Assembly: GCA_041082215.1 (NCBI GenBank)
Contig: JBDOIF010000093.1
Location: forward strand, 5,504 to 69,503
Direction of reading: 5' to 3'
Origin: Anaerolineae bacterium
Lineage (GTDB): Bacteria > Chloroflexota > Anaerolineae > B4-G1 > DUEL01
DNA length: 64,000 nt
Shown one piece after another: positions 52,219 to 61,672 of this stretch (the first letter of the stretch is position 1; each line of letters begins with the position of its first letter). The position numbers were made by a program, and so were the translations under genes. Under the pieces are notes generated by a model. The model saw only the letters and a list, made by a program, of their open reading frames with translations, did not search any database and was not told the DNA's origin.

Positions 52219-52644
52219 ATGGCATCTGAGGCAAAGGTAACCTGGGTCGGTCCGGGCCTCCGGCTGGTAGGTGAAGCGTCCAGCGGCCCGGCCATCGTTT
52301 TGGATCACGTTCTATCGGAGGGGGAGCGGGAGACCGGCCCCCGGCCGATGGAGCTGCTGCTTATCGGGCTGGCGGGCTGCACGGCGATGGACGTGGTCTC
52401 CATCCTGCAGAAGAAGCGGCAGCCGTTCACCGGCCTCGAGGTGCGGGTGACGGCGGAGCGGGCCGAGGAACACCCCCGCGTCTACACCCAGATCCACCTG
52501 GAGTATGTGGTGAGGGGAAAAGGGGTGGACCCGCAGGCGGTGGAGCGGTCCATCGAGCTTTCACAGACCAAGTATTGTTCCGCCTCGGCGATGCTGGCGA
52601 AGGCGGCACAGATTACGACGTCGTACCGGATCGTGGAGGAGTGA
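52219..52644 (+). CDS. OsmC/Ohr family peroxiredoxin-like protein
   Basis: ELLLIGLAGCTAMDV and the SQTKYCSAS two-Cys OsmC signature. Confidence 0.85.
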   Translation: MASEAKVTWVGPGLRLVGEASSGPAIVLDHVLSEGERETGPRPMELLLIGLAGCTAMDVVSILQKKRQPFTGLEVRVTAERAEEHPRVYTQIHLEYVVRGKGVDPQAVERSIELSQTKYCSASAMLAKAAQITTSYRIVEE

Positions 52645-52718
52645 CGGGGATAAGGGGACGCGGAGTGGGGATTCGCCGCGTCGCCGTGTCACCGCGTCAC
52701 CTTCGAGGAGCGGAGGGT

Positions 52719-52898
52719 ATGAACAGGAACGAGCAAATCCGGAAGCTGGAACAGCGGATCGCCGACCTGAAGGCCCGGCTGCCCCGGCACTCGGTCCCTC
52801 CGGCGATGGTGATGGAGCTGGAAGAGCTGGAGGAGGAGCTGGCGCGGGCACAGGAAGCCCGATGGGACAAACGGGGATCCGAGGGAGTGGAGCCATGA
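52719..52898 (+). CDS. small coiled-coil protein (YdcH/DUF465-like), 59 aa
   Basis: GGAGGG RBS. MNRNEQIRKLEQRIADLKARL. Its stop overlaps the nfo start (ATGATG). Confidence 0.45.
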   Translation: MNRNEQIRKLEQRIADLKARLPRHSVPPAMVMELEELEEELARAQEARWDKRGSEGVEP

Positions 52899-53752
52899 TG
52901 CGGCTCGGCGCACACGAATCCATATCCGGCGGCCTGCATCTGGCCTTCGACCGGGCTCAGTCGGTGGGCTGCGAGGCGGTGCAGATCTTCGTCAAATCGA
53001 ACCGGTCATGGGCAGTAACCCCGCTGACCGAGGAGGACATCGCCCTCTTCCAGGCAAAGGGCAGGGAGACCGGCATCCAGCCCGTGGTAGGCCACACCTC
53101 CTATCTGCTCAACCTGGGCACGCCGGATGAGGAACTCTGGCAGAAATCGCTGGAAACACTCATCATCGAGCTGGAACGGTGTGAGGCGCTGGAGGTGCCC
53201 TACCTGGTGCTCCACCCCGGCTCCCACGTGGGGGCAGGGGAGGAGGCGGGGCTGGCCCGGGTAGCGGAGGCACTGGGAAGGGTCCACGCTGCCACACCGG
53301 GCTTCCGCACCCAGATCCTCCTGGAGACCACCGCCGGGCAGGGGAGCAACCTGGGATACTGCTTCGAGCACCTGGCCTGGCTCCTGGAAAACACCCCCGG
53401 GGGAGACCGGCTGGGGGTCTGCCTGGACACCTGCCACGTCTTCGTCGCCGGGTACGAGATCCGCACCCCCGAAGGGTACGAGGCCACGATGGAGGCGCTC
53501 GACCAAATCGTGGGCCTTGAGCGGCTCAAGGCAATCCATCTCAACGACAGCAAGGGGGACCTGGGCAGCCAGAAGGACCGGCACGAGCACATCGGCAAGG
53601 GGTACATCGGTCTGGAGGGATTCCGGCTTGTGCTGAACGACCCCCGTCTGTCCGGGCTGCCAGGGCTTCTGGAGACGCCCAAAAGCGACGACCTGCATGA
53701 GGATGTGGAGAACCTGGCAGTGCTGAAGTCGCTACGTCAAACGCCGAGATGA
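52895..53752 (+). CDS. nfo: endonuclease IV (deoxyribonuclease IV)
   Basis: TIM-barrel AP endonuclease 2 motifs (HxSYLxNLG, LVLHPGSH, CLDTCH, IHLNDSK). Confidence 0.9.
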   Translation: MMRLGAHESISGGLHLAFDRAQSVGCEAVQIFVKSNRSWAVTPLTEEDIALFQAKGRETGIQPVVGHTSYLLNLGTPDEELWQKSLETLIIELERCEALEVPYLVLHPGSHVGAGEEAGLARVAEALGRVHAATPGFRTQILLETTAGQGSNLGYCFEHLAWLLENTPGGDRLGVCLDTCHVFVAGYEIRTPEGYEATMEALDQIVGLERLKAIHLNDSKGDLGSQKDRHEHIGKGYIGLEGFRLVLNDPRLSGLPGLLETPKSDDLHEDVENLAVLKSLRQTPR

Positions 53753-54381
53753 GCGTCTTCGACGGGCTGGTGACAGGGTACGACCGGGGGATGTTGCCGC
53801 TGGAGTGGGCGGTGCTCAGGCAGTTGCGGCGCCGGGCCTTTCCCCTGGTGACCGGGCAGGTGCTGGAGGTGGGGGTTGGTACGGGGGTCAACCTCCCCCT
53901 CTACAGCTCCGAAGCCCAGGTGGTGGCGCTGGACGCCAGCGGGCCGATGGTCGCCCAGGCCGCCCGCCGCCCGACCCGCGCCCTGGTCCGGCCGGTCCAG
54001 GCAGACGTGGAGCACCTTCCCTTTGCCAGCGGCTCCTTCGACACCGTGACCGGCTCGCTCCTTTTCTGTTCCGTGCGGGACCCGGTGCGGGGACTGAAGG
54101 AGATACACCGGGTGCTCAGGCCGGGCGGGCGGCTGGTGCTGGTGGAGCACACCCGCGGGAAGGGGATAGGGGCCTGGCTGACCGATCTCCTCCATCCCAT
54201 CTGGTTCGCCCTGAACGGGACCTGTCACCTGAATCGGGAGACGGGCCGGATGGTGAGAGAAGCCGGGTTCCGACAGGTGCGGGAAGAGACAGGAGGGCTG
54301 GGGATTTTCCGGGTAATTGAAGGGCGGAAGCAGGAGACAGAACACAGGAGGCAGGATGCTGACGCAGTTTTTGCGGGATAA
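53749..54381 (+). CDS. class I SAM-dependent methyltransferase
   Basis: VLEVGVGTGVNL is motif I and a Methyltransf_11-like core is present. Confidence 0.8.
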   Translation: MSVFDGLVTGYDRGMLPLEWAVLRQLRRRAFPLVTGQVLEVGVGTGVNLPLYSSEAQVVALDASGPMVAQAARRPTRALVRPVQADVEHLPFASGSFDTVTGSLLFCSVRDPVRGLKEIHRVLRPGGRLVLVEHTRGKGIGAWLTDLLHPIWFALNGTCHLNRETGRMVREAGFRQVREETGGLGIFRVIEGRKQETEHRRQDADAVFAG

Positions 54382-54772
54382 CTGGTTGTTGCTGGTGTTT
54401 GTGGGCGGGCTGGCGGCACTCTGGTTGCTCCTGCACACGCCAGGCACGGAGCTTGCTTCAACGGCAGAGTTCGACCGGCGGGTCTCCGTCGGCCGGCCGG
54501 TGGTGGTCGAGTTCTACTCCAACACCTGAAGCGGATGCCTTCTGGCAAAGCCTGTCGTGGACAGGCTGGAAAGGGAGCTGGAGGGGCGTGCAGAGGTGGT
54601 GCGGGTGGATGCGATGACGCAGGTGGGAGCCGAGCTGGCCCGACGATACGGCGTGCGCGGCGTGCCCACCCTGCTGGTCTTCGACGGGGCTGGACAGGTG
54701 GTCTACAGCGGGGTCGGTCTGCCAGACAGGCAAGCGATTACGACAGCGGTGGATCGGGTTTCCGGGCAGTAA
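54356..54772 (+). CDS. membrane-anchored thioredoxin-fold protein with in-frame TGA at the CxxC position (candidate selenoprotein, UxxC = T-U-S-G-C)
   Basis: AGGAGG RBS. An N-terminal TM helix is followed by VVVEFYSNT-TGA-SGCLLAKPVVD...YGVRGVPTLLVFDGAGQVV. The TGA lies at 54527-54529, and the two ORF-track pieces (54317..54529 and 54557..54772) are in the same frame with no other stop between them. Confidence 0.55.
54549..54567 (+). promoter_or_regulatory. candidate bacterial SECIS hairpin AGCCTGTC-gtg-GACAGGCT, 22 nt downstream of the in-frame UGA
   Basis: Perfect 8-bp stem seen directly in the sequence; the apical region contains GU. Confidence 0.4.
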
Positions 54773-54776
54773 GATC

Positions 54777-54858
54777 GGGCGTCAGGCGTCAAACGTCAGG
54801 CGTCAAACGTCAGGCGTCAAACGTCAGGCGTCAAACGTCAGGCGTCAGGCGTCAGACG
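54777..54858. repeat. heptad tandem array (CGTCAGG/CGTCAAA alternating, about 11 copies)
   Basis: ggcgtcaggcgtcaaacgtcaggcgtcaaacgtcaggcgtcaaacgtcaggcgtcaaacgtcaggcgtcaggcgtcagacg. Confidence 0.85.
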
Positions 54859-54862
54859 TTGC

Positions 54863-55519
54863 CTACCAGGCCTGCCCCCGACCGGTCAGGACCCGCACCA
54901 GCAACCCCACCGCCAGTCCGCTGACAAACCCGCCGATGTGGGCAAACCAGGCCACTCCGCCCGTCGCCACGCTCATTGTGCCCAGACTGAGGAAGCCGTT
55001 GAAGAGCTGAAGGACGAACCAGAAGCCCAGGACGATGAGGGACGGCACACGGGCGATGCGCATCATAAAGTAGCCCGGCACCAGCACCCGCACCGGCGCG
55101 GCCGGGAAGAGGACCATATAGACGGCCAGGACCCCGGCGATGGCCCCGCTGGCACCGACACCCGGCACGGTGGAAGAAGGAGCGATGATCACCTGGGCCA
55201 CCCCTGCCGCGATCCCCGCTGCCAGGTAGAACAGCGTGTATCCCACCCGCCCCAGCGCATCCTCCACGTTGTCGCCGAAGATCCAGAGGTAGAGCATATT
55301 GCCAATCAGGTGAGCCCAACCCCCGTGGAGGAACATCGAGGTGAAAAGCGTGACCGCGGCCAGGGGATGGTCCATCGGGTCGGTGATATAGGCCGGGACC
55401 GCCCCCCAGCGCATAAAAAACCGGTCCACCCGCGAGCCCAGCATCAGCTCATACAGAAAGACCAGGACGTTGACCCCGATCAACCCCCAGGTGACCACCG
55501 GCACCCGACGACTGGGCAT
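54863..55519 (-). CDS. rhomboid family intramembrane serine protease
   Basis: GASGAIAGV catalytic Ser motif and a downstream His in TM6. The ATG at 55519 (MPSRRVPVVTW) is preferred over the GC-rich upstream extension. Confidence 0.85.
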   Translation of the reverse strand: MPSRRVPVVTWGLIGVNVLVFLYELMLGSRVDRFFMRWGAVPAYITDPMDHPLAAVTLFTSMFLHGGWAHLIGNMLYLWIFGDNVEDALGRVGYTLFYLAAGIAAGVAQVIIAPSSTVPGVGASGAIAGVLAVYMVLFPAAPVRVLVPGYFMMRIARVPSLIVLGFWFVLQLFNGFLSLGTMSVATGGVAWFAHIGGFVSGLAVGLLVRVLTGRGQAW

Positions 55520-55554
55520 CTCGTCGGAAATAGGAATCACACCCCTGCTCCTTT

Positions 55555-56076
55555 CTAACGCCGACGGTCCGGCCTCCAGTAGCCACCCTGCACCGTGCGA
55601 GCCTCCGAAACGGCGACGATGGCCCGATCGTCTGCCTCCTCCGCCAGCCGGATCACCGCCGACACGCTCTTGCGGGGCACGATGGCCTCCACGATACCCA
55701 CCGGGCTGGCCTGCCCCCGCCCGTAGAGCTCCGTCGCCCCGAACCCCGCCCTGCGCAGAGAGGCCGCCACAGCGTCCCCCCGCTGAGTGGAGATGATGCG
55801 CACCTCCGCGTACCCCAGCGCGATCCGCTGCTCCAGCACCATCCCCACCCACGTACCGGCGGCATACCCCAGGACGTAGGCGCTGAGGTTCCAGATGTTG
55901 CTCAGGTTCGTCACCACCTTGCCGATGGCCACAACGTAGACCAGGGCGCCCAATGTGCCAGCCAGAATGGCGGGCAGCTTGCGGCCCTGAACGGTGAGAA
56001 TGGTCCCCAGGGTGCTGACCGATATGCCGACCACCCGCAGGGCAAAGATAAGCAGAGCCTGAAGAAAAGTCTCCAT
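55555..56076 (-). CDS. UPF0316/DUF2179 family membrane protein
   Basis: Three N-terminal TM helices and a C-terminal soluble DUF2179-like domain. Confidence 0.6.
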   Translation of the reverse strand: METFLQALLIFALRVVGISVSTLGTILTVQGRKLPAILAGTLGALVYVVAIGKVVTNLSNIWNLSAYVLGYAAGTWVGMVLEQRIALGYAEVRIISTQRGDAVAASLRRAGFGATELYGRGQASPVGIVEAIVPRKSVSAVIRLAEEADDRAIVAVSEARTVQGGYWRPDRRR

Positions 56077-56196
56077 AACTAACTCGCCTCCCGATCCGTC
56101 GGCTGCATTATACCAGCCTGCGGACGGGAGGCAAGCTCCTGTTCAACCCGGCCCCAATTCCTTACCGCTCAGGAGGAGAACTATGGAGACGCAGAG

Positions 56197-56559
56197 TCAG
56201 TCCTCCTTCACCAGCGCCGACAGGATGGTGGTGACGATGCTCACGATGAGAGCGCCCCAGAAAGCCGGCCAGAAACCTTCCACGTAGAAGCCGATGCCGA
56301 ACTGATTGGCAATCCAGGCCGAAAGCCACAGGACAAAGCCGTTGATCACCAGGACGAAAAGTCCCAGCGTGAGCAGGATGAGCGGGCAGGTGAGGAGCTT
56401 GAGCACCGGCCGGACCAGGGCGTTGACCAGCCCCAGGATGATCGCCATCACCGCATAGGCCACCCAGGCGGTCCCGGAGACCCGGATGCCCGGCACCACC
56501 CATGCGGCGACGAAGAGCGCCAGCGCGGAGATCACCCAACGGACCAGGATTTTGACCAT
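56197..56559 (-). CDS. phage-holin-superfamily-IV-like 4-TM membrane protein (DUF360/YvlD-like)
   Basis: 120 aa with four TM helices and a VNALVRPVLKLLT motif. Confidence 0.6.
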   Translation of the reverse strand: MVKILVRWVISALALFVAAWVVPGIRVSGTAWVAYAVMAIILGLVNALVRPVLKLLTCPLILLTLGLFVLVINGFVLWLSAWIANQFGIGFYVEGFWPAFWGALIVSIVTTILSALVKED

Positions 56560-56623
56560 TTTACGCCTCCCTCGAATATATACGCACAGGTAGCCTCATG
56601 GGTTGCACTTTTCAGCCTCCAAT

Positions 56624-57892
56624 CTAGCCACTCCGCTGCAGCCGCTTGAGTGCGGCGTAAGCCGCTGGCCCCACCATCCCCTTCACCGTCCGCGCCCGCA
56701 ACGCCCGATCCAGATCCGCCATCAGGTCCTCCGGGTCCTCCAGCCCCACGCTCACCCGCACGATCCCCTCCCCCATCCACTCCCGGATCCGGGCCTTCTG
56801 AGCATCGGTCAGGTAGGGAACGGCATCCACATAAATATCGGTGGGGTAGTAGAAAAGAAGGCTGCGGGCGTGACCCAGGGAGGTGGCATAGGTGAAGAGG
56901 CGGACCTTTTCGGCCAGGGTGATGGCCGCGCCCAGCCCCCGCTTCAACTGGAAGGTGAGCATGCCACCAAAGGCGGACATCTGCCGACAGGCCAGCTCGT
57001 GCTGGGGGTGGCTTTCCAGGCCAGGATAGACGACGCGGGAGACGGCGGGATGGCTTTCCAGGAACCGGGCAAGTTTCAGCGCGCTCTCCGAGTGGCGGGC
57101 CATCCGCAGGGGCAGGGTCGCCAGCCCGCGGGCGATGAGCCAGGCGTTGAAGGGGCTGATCGCCCCGCCCAGATGGACCAGTGCCTCCTTGCGGATACGG
57201 TGGATCCCCTCCCGCGGCCCCACGATCACCCCGCCCAGCGTGTCCCCGTGGCCGTTCAGATACTTGGTGGCGCTGTGGACCACGTAGTCCGCCCCCAGCA
57301 TCAGCGGCCGCTGGAGGCACGGCCCGGCCCACGTCGAATCCACTACCAGAAGCGCCCCGGCGTCGTGGGCGATCTCCGCCAGGGCGGCGATGTCCGAAAG
57401 GCGGAGGATGGGGTTGGCCGGCGTCTCCACGTAGATCATCTTCGTGCAGGGCCGCAACGCCGCCCGCACCTGGTCGAGGTCGCCTGTATCCACCAGACTG
57501 ACCTCGACCCCGTACCGGCCCAGGTACTGCCCGAAAAGCTCCACCGATCCGGCATAGCAGACCTCGCTGGCGATGACGTGGTCGCCAGCGCTGAGGAAGG
57601 TGAAAAGGACGGCGGAGACGGCAGCCATACCGGAGGCCAGCGCCAGCGCCGCCTCCCCTCCTTCCAGCGCGGCCATCTTCTCCTCCAGCACCCGTGCCGT
57701 AGGATGCCCCCAGCGGGCATAGGCGTAAGGGGCCTGAGGGGAGGCCATCGTCAGTGCCTCGAACAGCTCCGAACCGAAGCCGGGCAGCCGGAAGGCAGCG
57801 GACATGTGGATGGGCGGCGTCAACGCCCCGGTGGAGGGATCCGGCTCCTCCCCCGCATGGACCGCCAGGGTTTCCAGAGAAAGGTCGGACAT
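56624..57892 (-). CDS. PLP-dependent Cys/Met metabolism enzyme (cystathionine gamma-synthase / methionine gamma-lyase family)
   Basis: HSATKYLNGHGD is the lysine-PLP motif, over the full-length fold. Confidence 0.88.
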   Translation of the reverse strand: MSDLSLETLAVHAGEEPDPSTGALTPPIHMSAAFRLPGFGSELFEALTMASPQAPYAYARWGHPTARVLEEKMAALEGGEAALALASGMAAVSAVLFTFLSAGDHVIASEVCYAGSVELFGQYLGRYGVEVSLVDTGDLDQVRAALRPCTKMIYVETPANPILRLSDIAALAEIAHDAGALLVVDSTWAGPCLQRPLMLGADYVVHSATKYLNGHGDTLGGVIVGPREGIHRIRKEALVHLGGAISPFNAWLIARGLATLPLRMARHSESALKLARFLESHPAVSRVVYPGLESHPQHELACRQMSAFGGMLTFQLKRGLGAAITLAEKVRLFTYATSLGHARSLLFYYPTDIYVDAVPYLTDAQKARIREWMGEGIVRVSVGLEDPEDLMADLDRALRARTVKGMVGPAAYAALKRLQRSG

Positions 57893-57920
57893 ACGTACCT
57901 CCTATCCTCCCGATGAGGGT

Positions 57921-59057
57921 CTACCCCTGCAGAGGCAGCCGGTAGACCCGGTACCGCTTGTACAACTGCGCCCCCATTCGCTCGGCCAGGATGGGCGTAT
58001 TGGGATTGTCCTCCGACGTGAGGGAGAGATCGAGCCACCTGTATCCCTTTGCCTTGGCCCGCCGGCCCATCTCGGCGAAGAGGAGCACACTGACCCCCGT
58101 GCCCCAGTATTCCGGCAGGACCAGGACGGACTTGACCGCCAGGCATTCCGGCTGGCGACGCATATGCCACCAGAGCTTCACGTAGTCCCACGGATGGCGG
58201 AGGCCGTCGGCGTGGATGAAGGCTTCGTTCAGGTTGGGGATGCCGGGGAGCCAACCCACCGCCTGGCCGTCCACCTCGGCAAAGAGGACCAGTTCGGGGT
58301 CAACGATCTGGCGGAACGGCTCCAGCATTGCCGCCAGCGCGTCCCGTCGCCAGCCGATGAAGTCGGGCAGGTGGGCCAGAGCGGCGTTCAAGAGGTAGAG
58401 CACCCGGTCAATCTCCTCGTCCCAGTGGTCCAGGTCCGCCTCCCGCACCCTGATCTCCCCCCGCTCCCGGATGCGGTCCGCCAGGCGGAAGAGCCGACGC
58501 GCCGCTGGCGTGGTGTCGTCCAGCTCGATGGCGTAGGCCAGATTATCCCCCCGGGCGGGCTGGAAGCCGAACCGCTCGAAGAAATCCTGATAATAGGGCG
58601 GCGTATGGCCGCAGAACAGAGCGGGGGGGCGGTCCCGCCCCTCGACGAGCACGCCGTAGCTGTCCTCGTAGTCCAGGTCGAAGGGGCCGTAGAGGGTATC
58701 CAGGCCGCGCCGGGCAGCCCATCGGGCGGCGTGCTGAAACATCGCCTCAGCGACGGCGTAGTCGTTCACACACTCGAAGAAGCCGATCATGCAGTCCCGC
58801 CGCCCGCCGCGCTCGTTGGTCGCCCGGTCCTCGGCGGTGCAGATAGTGCCCACCGGCTCGCCGTCTCGCCAGGCGATAAAAAACTCCGCCTCCCCTCGCT
58901 GGAAAAACACACCCCGTCGGGGGTCAATCCGTCGGGCCCGCTCCGGCAGGAGCGGGGGAACCCAGAGCGGGTCATCCCGGTAGATACGCCAGGGGAAGGT
59001 GAGGAAGAGGCGGCGCTGGCGGCGGGTGTGGACCGGTTGGATCTCGATTGTGCTCAT
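57921..59057 (-). CDS. GNAT-like acyl-CoA N-acyltransferase, two-domain
   Basis: 378 aa with acyltransferase-fold signatures. It overlaps the start of the downstream MFS gene. Confidence 0.6.
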   Translation of the reverse strand: MSTIEIQPVHTRRQRRLFLTFPWRIYRDDPLWVPPLLPERARRIDPRRGVFFQRGEAEFFIAWRDGEPVGTICTAEDRATNERGGRRDCMIGFFECVNDYAVAEAMFQHAARWAARRGLDTLYGPFDLDYEDSYGVLVEGRDRPPALFCGHTPPYYQDFFERFGFQPARGDNLAYAIELDDTTPAARRLFRLADRIRERGEIRVREADLDHWDEEIDRVLYLLNAALAHLPDFIGWRRDALAAMLEPFRQIVDPELVLFAEVDGQAVGWLPGIPNLNEAFIHADGLRHPWDYVKLWWHMRRQPECLAVKSVLVLPEYWGTGVSVLLFAEMGRRAKAKGYRWLDLSLTSEDNPNTPILAERMGAQLYKRYRVYRLPLQG

Positions 59058-60418
59058 AAGACCTCCTTGCCAGCACGGAGCCGGCGGCTTTCCAGCTCCC
59101 GGACAAGCCGGGTGTATTCCTCCCGGCCCAGGGGGTACAGGATGGCGAAGAGGATGCCTGCACAGAGGAGGAGGGCCGGAATGGGGCCGATGACGATGCG
59201 GATACCCATCAATGCGCTGGGAGGCTGCTGGGCTGCGTTCGGCATATAGCCGGTAAACTGGAGGATCAGCCCCACAGCAGGGACAGCCAGCGAGACGGAC
59301 ACCTTGTGGATCAACATAACCAGGCTGTAGAACATCCCTTCGTGCCGTTCACCGGTCTGCATTTCTCCCCACTCTATGGCATCGGGGAGGATGGACCAGG
59401 GGAGCACATGGGCGGCGGCGACGCCGATGCCGGCCAGGACGCACATCAGGAGCAGCAGGCTGAGCGGTGTGGCCGGGCCGAGGGTGATCAGCACGATCTG
59501 AACGACCGCCCAGAAGGAGATGCCGGCAACGTAGGCCCACCGCTTGTTCCACCGCGCCGACGCCCAGTTCCAGATCGGCAGAGCCAGAATCGCGGTGACG
59601 AAAATAGTGGCCATAATCAGGTCATTCTGAGCTTCTCGTTGAACAACGTACTTGATAAAGAACAGGAGCGATGTCTGGAGGATATCCACTGTGATCCAGG
59701 TGAGGAGGTAGATGACCAGGCCGAAGACAAAGGGACGGTTCCGAAAAGCAGCCCGGAGGGACTCGCGGAGGCCGGGCCGTTCCTGCACCATGAACTCCCG
59801 TCGCTCCCGCGTGCCGAAAAAGACCAGGAACATCGGAAGCGCGCTGGCAATCCCGAAGATGACCGCCATCAGCAACACCCGCGGTCCGCTCTCGGGCGTG
59901 AAAGAGCCGACGATCAGGAGGGGGACAGTGAACGCCAGGAGGCTCCCAAATATAGAGAAGAACATCCGATAGGCCGTGAGGCTGGTCCGTTCGTCATAGT
60001 CCTCCGTCAGTTCGGGTGTGAGGGCGAAGTAGGGCATGTAGATGGCAGTTGCGGCGGTGTCGTAAAGGACGTAGGCCAGCGCGTAATAGGCGGCAAGAAG
60101 GAACGGGCTTTCGAAAGGGGGACGGAACCAGAGCATCGTGAAGGCCAGCGCATACGGCAACGCGCCAAAGAGCAGGTAAGGCCGCCTCCTCCCCCACCGG
60201 CTCCGGGTCCGGTCGGAAAGGTGGCCGAAGAGGGGATCGTTGATGTAATCCCAGCTCCTGCCGATAAAGATGGCAATAGCGGCGATACCCGGCGCCACTC
60301 CGACGACATCGGTCATAAAGATCAGGAAATAAGCCCCGATGATGGTCGAGGTGAGGCTGAAGCCGGTATCCCCGGCCCCGTACATCAGCTTCGTGCGGCG
60401 CGATAGCTTCTCCGACAT
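59054..60418 (-). CDS. MFS transporter (GPH sugar:cation symporter-like)
   Basis: Twelve TM helices and the MFS D-R/K-x-G-R-R motif (SDRTRSRWGRRRP). Confidence 0.8.
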   Translation of the reverse strand: MSEKLSRRTKLMYGAGDTGFSLTSTIIGAYFLIFMTDVVGVAPGIAAIAIFIGRSWDYINDPLFGHLSDRTRSRWGRRRPYLLFGALPYALAFTMLWFRPPFESPFLLAAYYALAYVLYDTAATAIYMPYFALTPELTEDYDERTSLTAYRMFFSIFGSLLAFTVPLLIVGSFTPESGPRVLLMAVIFGIASALPMFLVFFGTRERREFMVQERPGLRESLRAAFRNRPFVFGLVIYLLTWITVDILQTSLLFFIKYVVQREAQNDLIMATIFVTAILALPIWNWASARWNKRWAYVAGISFWAVVQIVLITLGPATPLSLLLLMCVLAGIGVAAAHVLPWSILPDAIEWGEMQTGERHEGMFYSLVMLIHKVSVSLAVPAVGLILQFTGYMPNAAQQPPSALMGIRIVIGPIPALLLCAGILFAILYPLGREEYTRLVRELESRRLRAGKEVL

Positions 60419-60491
60419 AGCCTTCTCCTTATCTTGCCTCTCCGTGTCCCCGCGTCCGCGCATCCCCGCGTCCCTGTATCCCCCATCCCCC

Positions 60492-61664
60492 TCACTCTCC
60501 CCGATCCAGCCCTTCCAGGAACCGGCTCAGCACCTCCACGGCCTCCTCCATCCTCCCCGGATCGAGACGATCGGGGCTGTCCATCGCCGAGTGGAGGCCC
60601 CGCCCGCCCAGCTCCAGATCGAAGCTCCCCAGTGTTGCAGCGGGGATGCCCTGGCGCAGGAAGGCAAACCCGTCGCTGTTGATGAGGGGGACGCGGAAGG
60701 GCCGCTCCCCCGTCACCGCCTCCACTGCCCGTTCCAGCGCTCCGTTCAGCGCCGGGTCGGCGGGCAGCCGGACCATCGCCGTGCCGTCCTGATCCCAGAG
60801 CAGGTAGCCCCCGTTCTGGCCCATCACCTCCAGATTGACCACACAGGCAGGCAGGGGCCATTCCTTCCGATCCCGCACGTAGGCCAGCGCCCCCTGCATC
60901 TGGGCCTCCTCTCCCACGGTGAAGAGGAGCGTGAGGTGGGTGTGTTCCAGCCGCAGTTCGCCCCGTGCGGAGCGACGGGCCAGCTCCAGCAGGACTGCCA
61001 CCGCCGCCCCGTCGTCCACCGCGCCAGTGCTGGGGTGGCGGCTGAACCGTCCGCCGACCAGATTGGCGGCCATCGCCAGCCCGTAGAGAGCTGTCGGCAG
61101 GGCTGCTGCGAAGGCCGCCCAGCGGAGAAGCTGAGCGGCAGGGGCCGGAACCAGGCTGGCGACAAAGGTAAGCCCGCCCGCCGTCAGCGCCAGCCCCATC
61201 GCCAGACGCCCCAGCCTCAACAGCCGCTCCCGCTGTACATGGTCCAGAAGCTCGGTCTTGGAATCCAGGTGGGCGCAGAGGATCGCCTCCCGCTTCGGGC
61301 GGGGAGCAGGAAAGGAAACGACCAGGTTCTCGGCGGGCCGGCGGATGAGGGCGGTAACCGTCGGGAAGAGGAAGCGGGTCTCCGCCAGGGGGACCCCCAG
61401 GGCCAGGAGCGCCACGATCAGCCCCCACCACCCCCACCGGCCCAGCGCGGCAGCGGGGAGCAGAAGGCCGGTGAAGGCCATCCAGACCCCCAACCATTCC
61501 ATAAAATAGGGGCGCAGGATGAACCGGTGGCCCTCAACCGGCGTCCCCTCCCTCTGGAGCCAGGCCCGCACCTCCCCGACCGTCTCCTCCAGCGCCCGGC
61601 TGCCATTGGGGCGGGGACGGGCGAGGGAAGGGAGGAAGGCAGGGAACGAGGACCGCTCGCCCAT
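60492..61664 (-). CDS. membrane-anchored M28 family zinc aminopeptidase
   Basis: A TM region is followed by CAHLDS, the GAVDDGAAVAVLLELAR and FTVGEE metal-site motifs. The ATG at 61664 is preferred. Confidence 0.75.
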   Translation of the reverse strand: MGERSSFPAFLPSLARPRPNGSRALEETVGEVRAWLQREGTPVEGHRFILRPYFMEWLGVWMAFTGLLLPAAALGRWGWWGLIVALLALGVPLAETRFLFPTVTALIRRPAENLVVSFPAPRPKREAILCAHLDSKTELLDHVQRERLLRLGRLAMGLALTAGGLTFVASLVPAPAAQLLRWAAFAAALPTALYGLAMAANLVGGRFSRHPSTGAVDDGAAVAVLLELARRSARGELRLEHTHLTLLFTVGEEAQMQGALAYVRDRKEWPLPACVVNLEVMGQNGGYLLWDQDGTAMVRLPADPALNGALERAVEAVTGERPFRVPLINSDGFAFLRQGIPAATLGSFDLELGGRGLHSAMDSPDRLDPGRMEEAVEVLSRFLEGLDRGE

Positions 61665-61672
61665 CGCCTCCC

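Noticed and set aside
54530-54556. Treating 54317..54529 and 54557..54772 as two separate small genes, or as a pseudogene
   Set aside because: Both pieces are in one frame with a single TGA sitting exactly at the catalytic Cys of a continuous thioredoxin fold, and a hairpin follows it. Selenocysteine recoding explains this better. Pseudogene status cannot be excluded without the Sec machinery check.
52118-54858. Possibility that the short tandem arrays (12-mer x5, heptad arrays) are CRISPR arrays
   Set aside because: The units are 7-12 bp with no unique spacers and no cas genes, so this is not CRISPR architecture.
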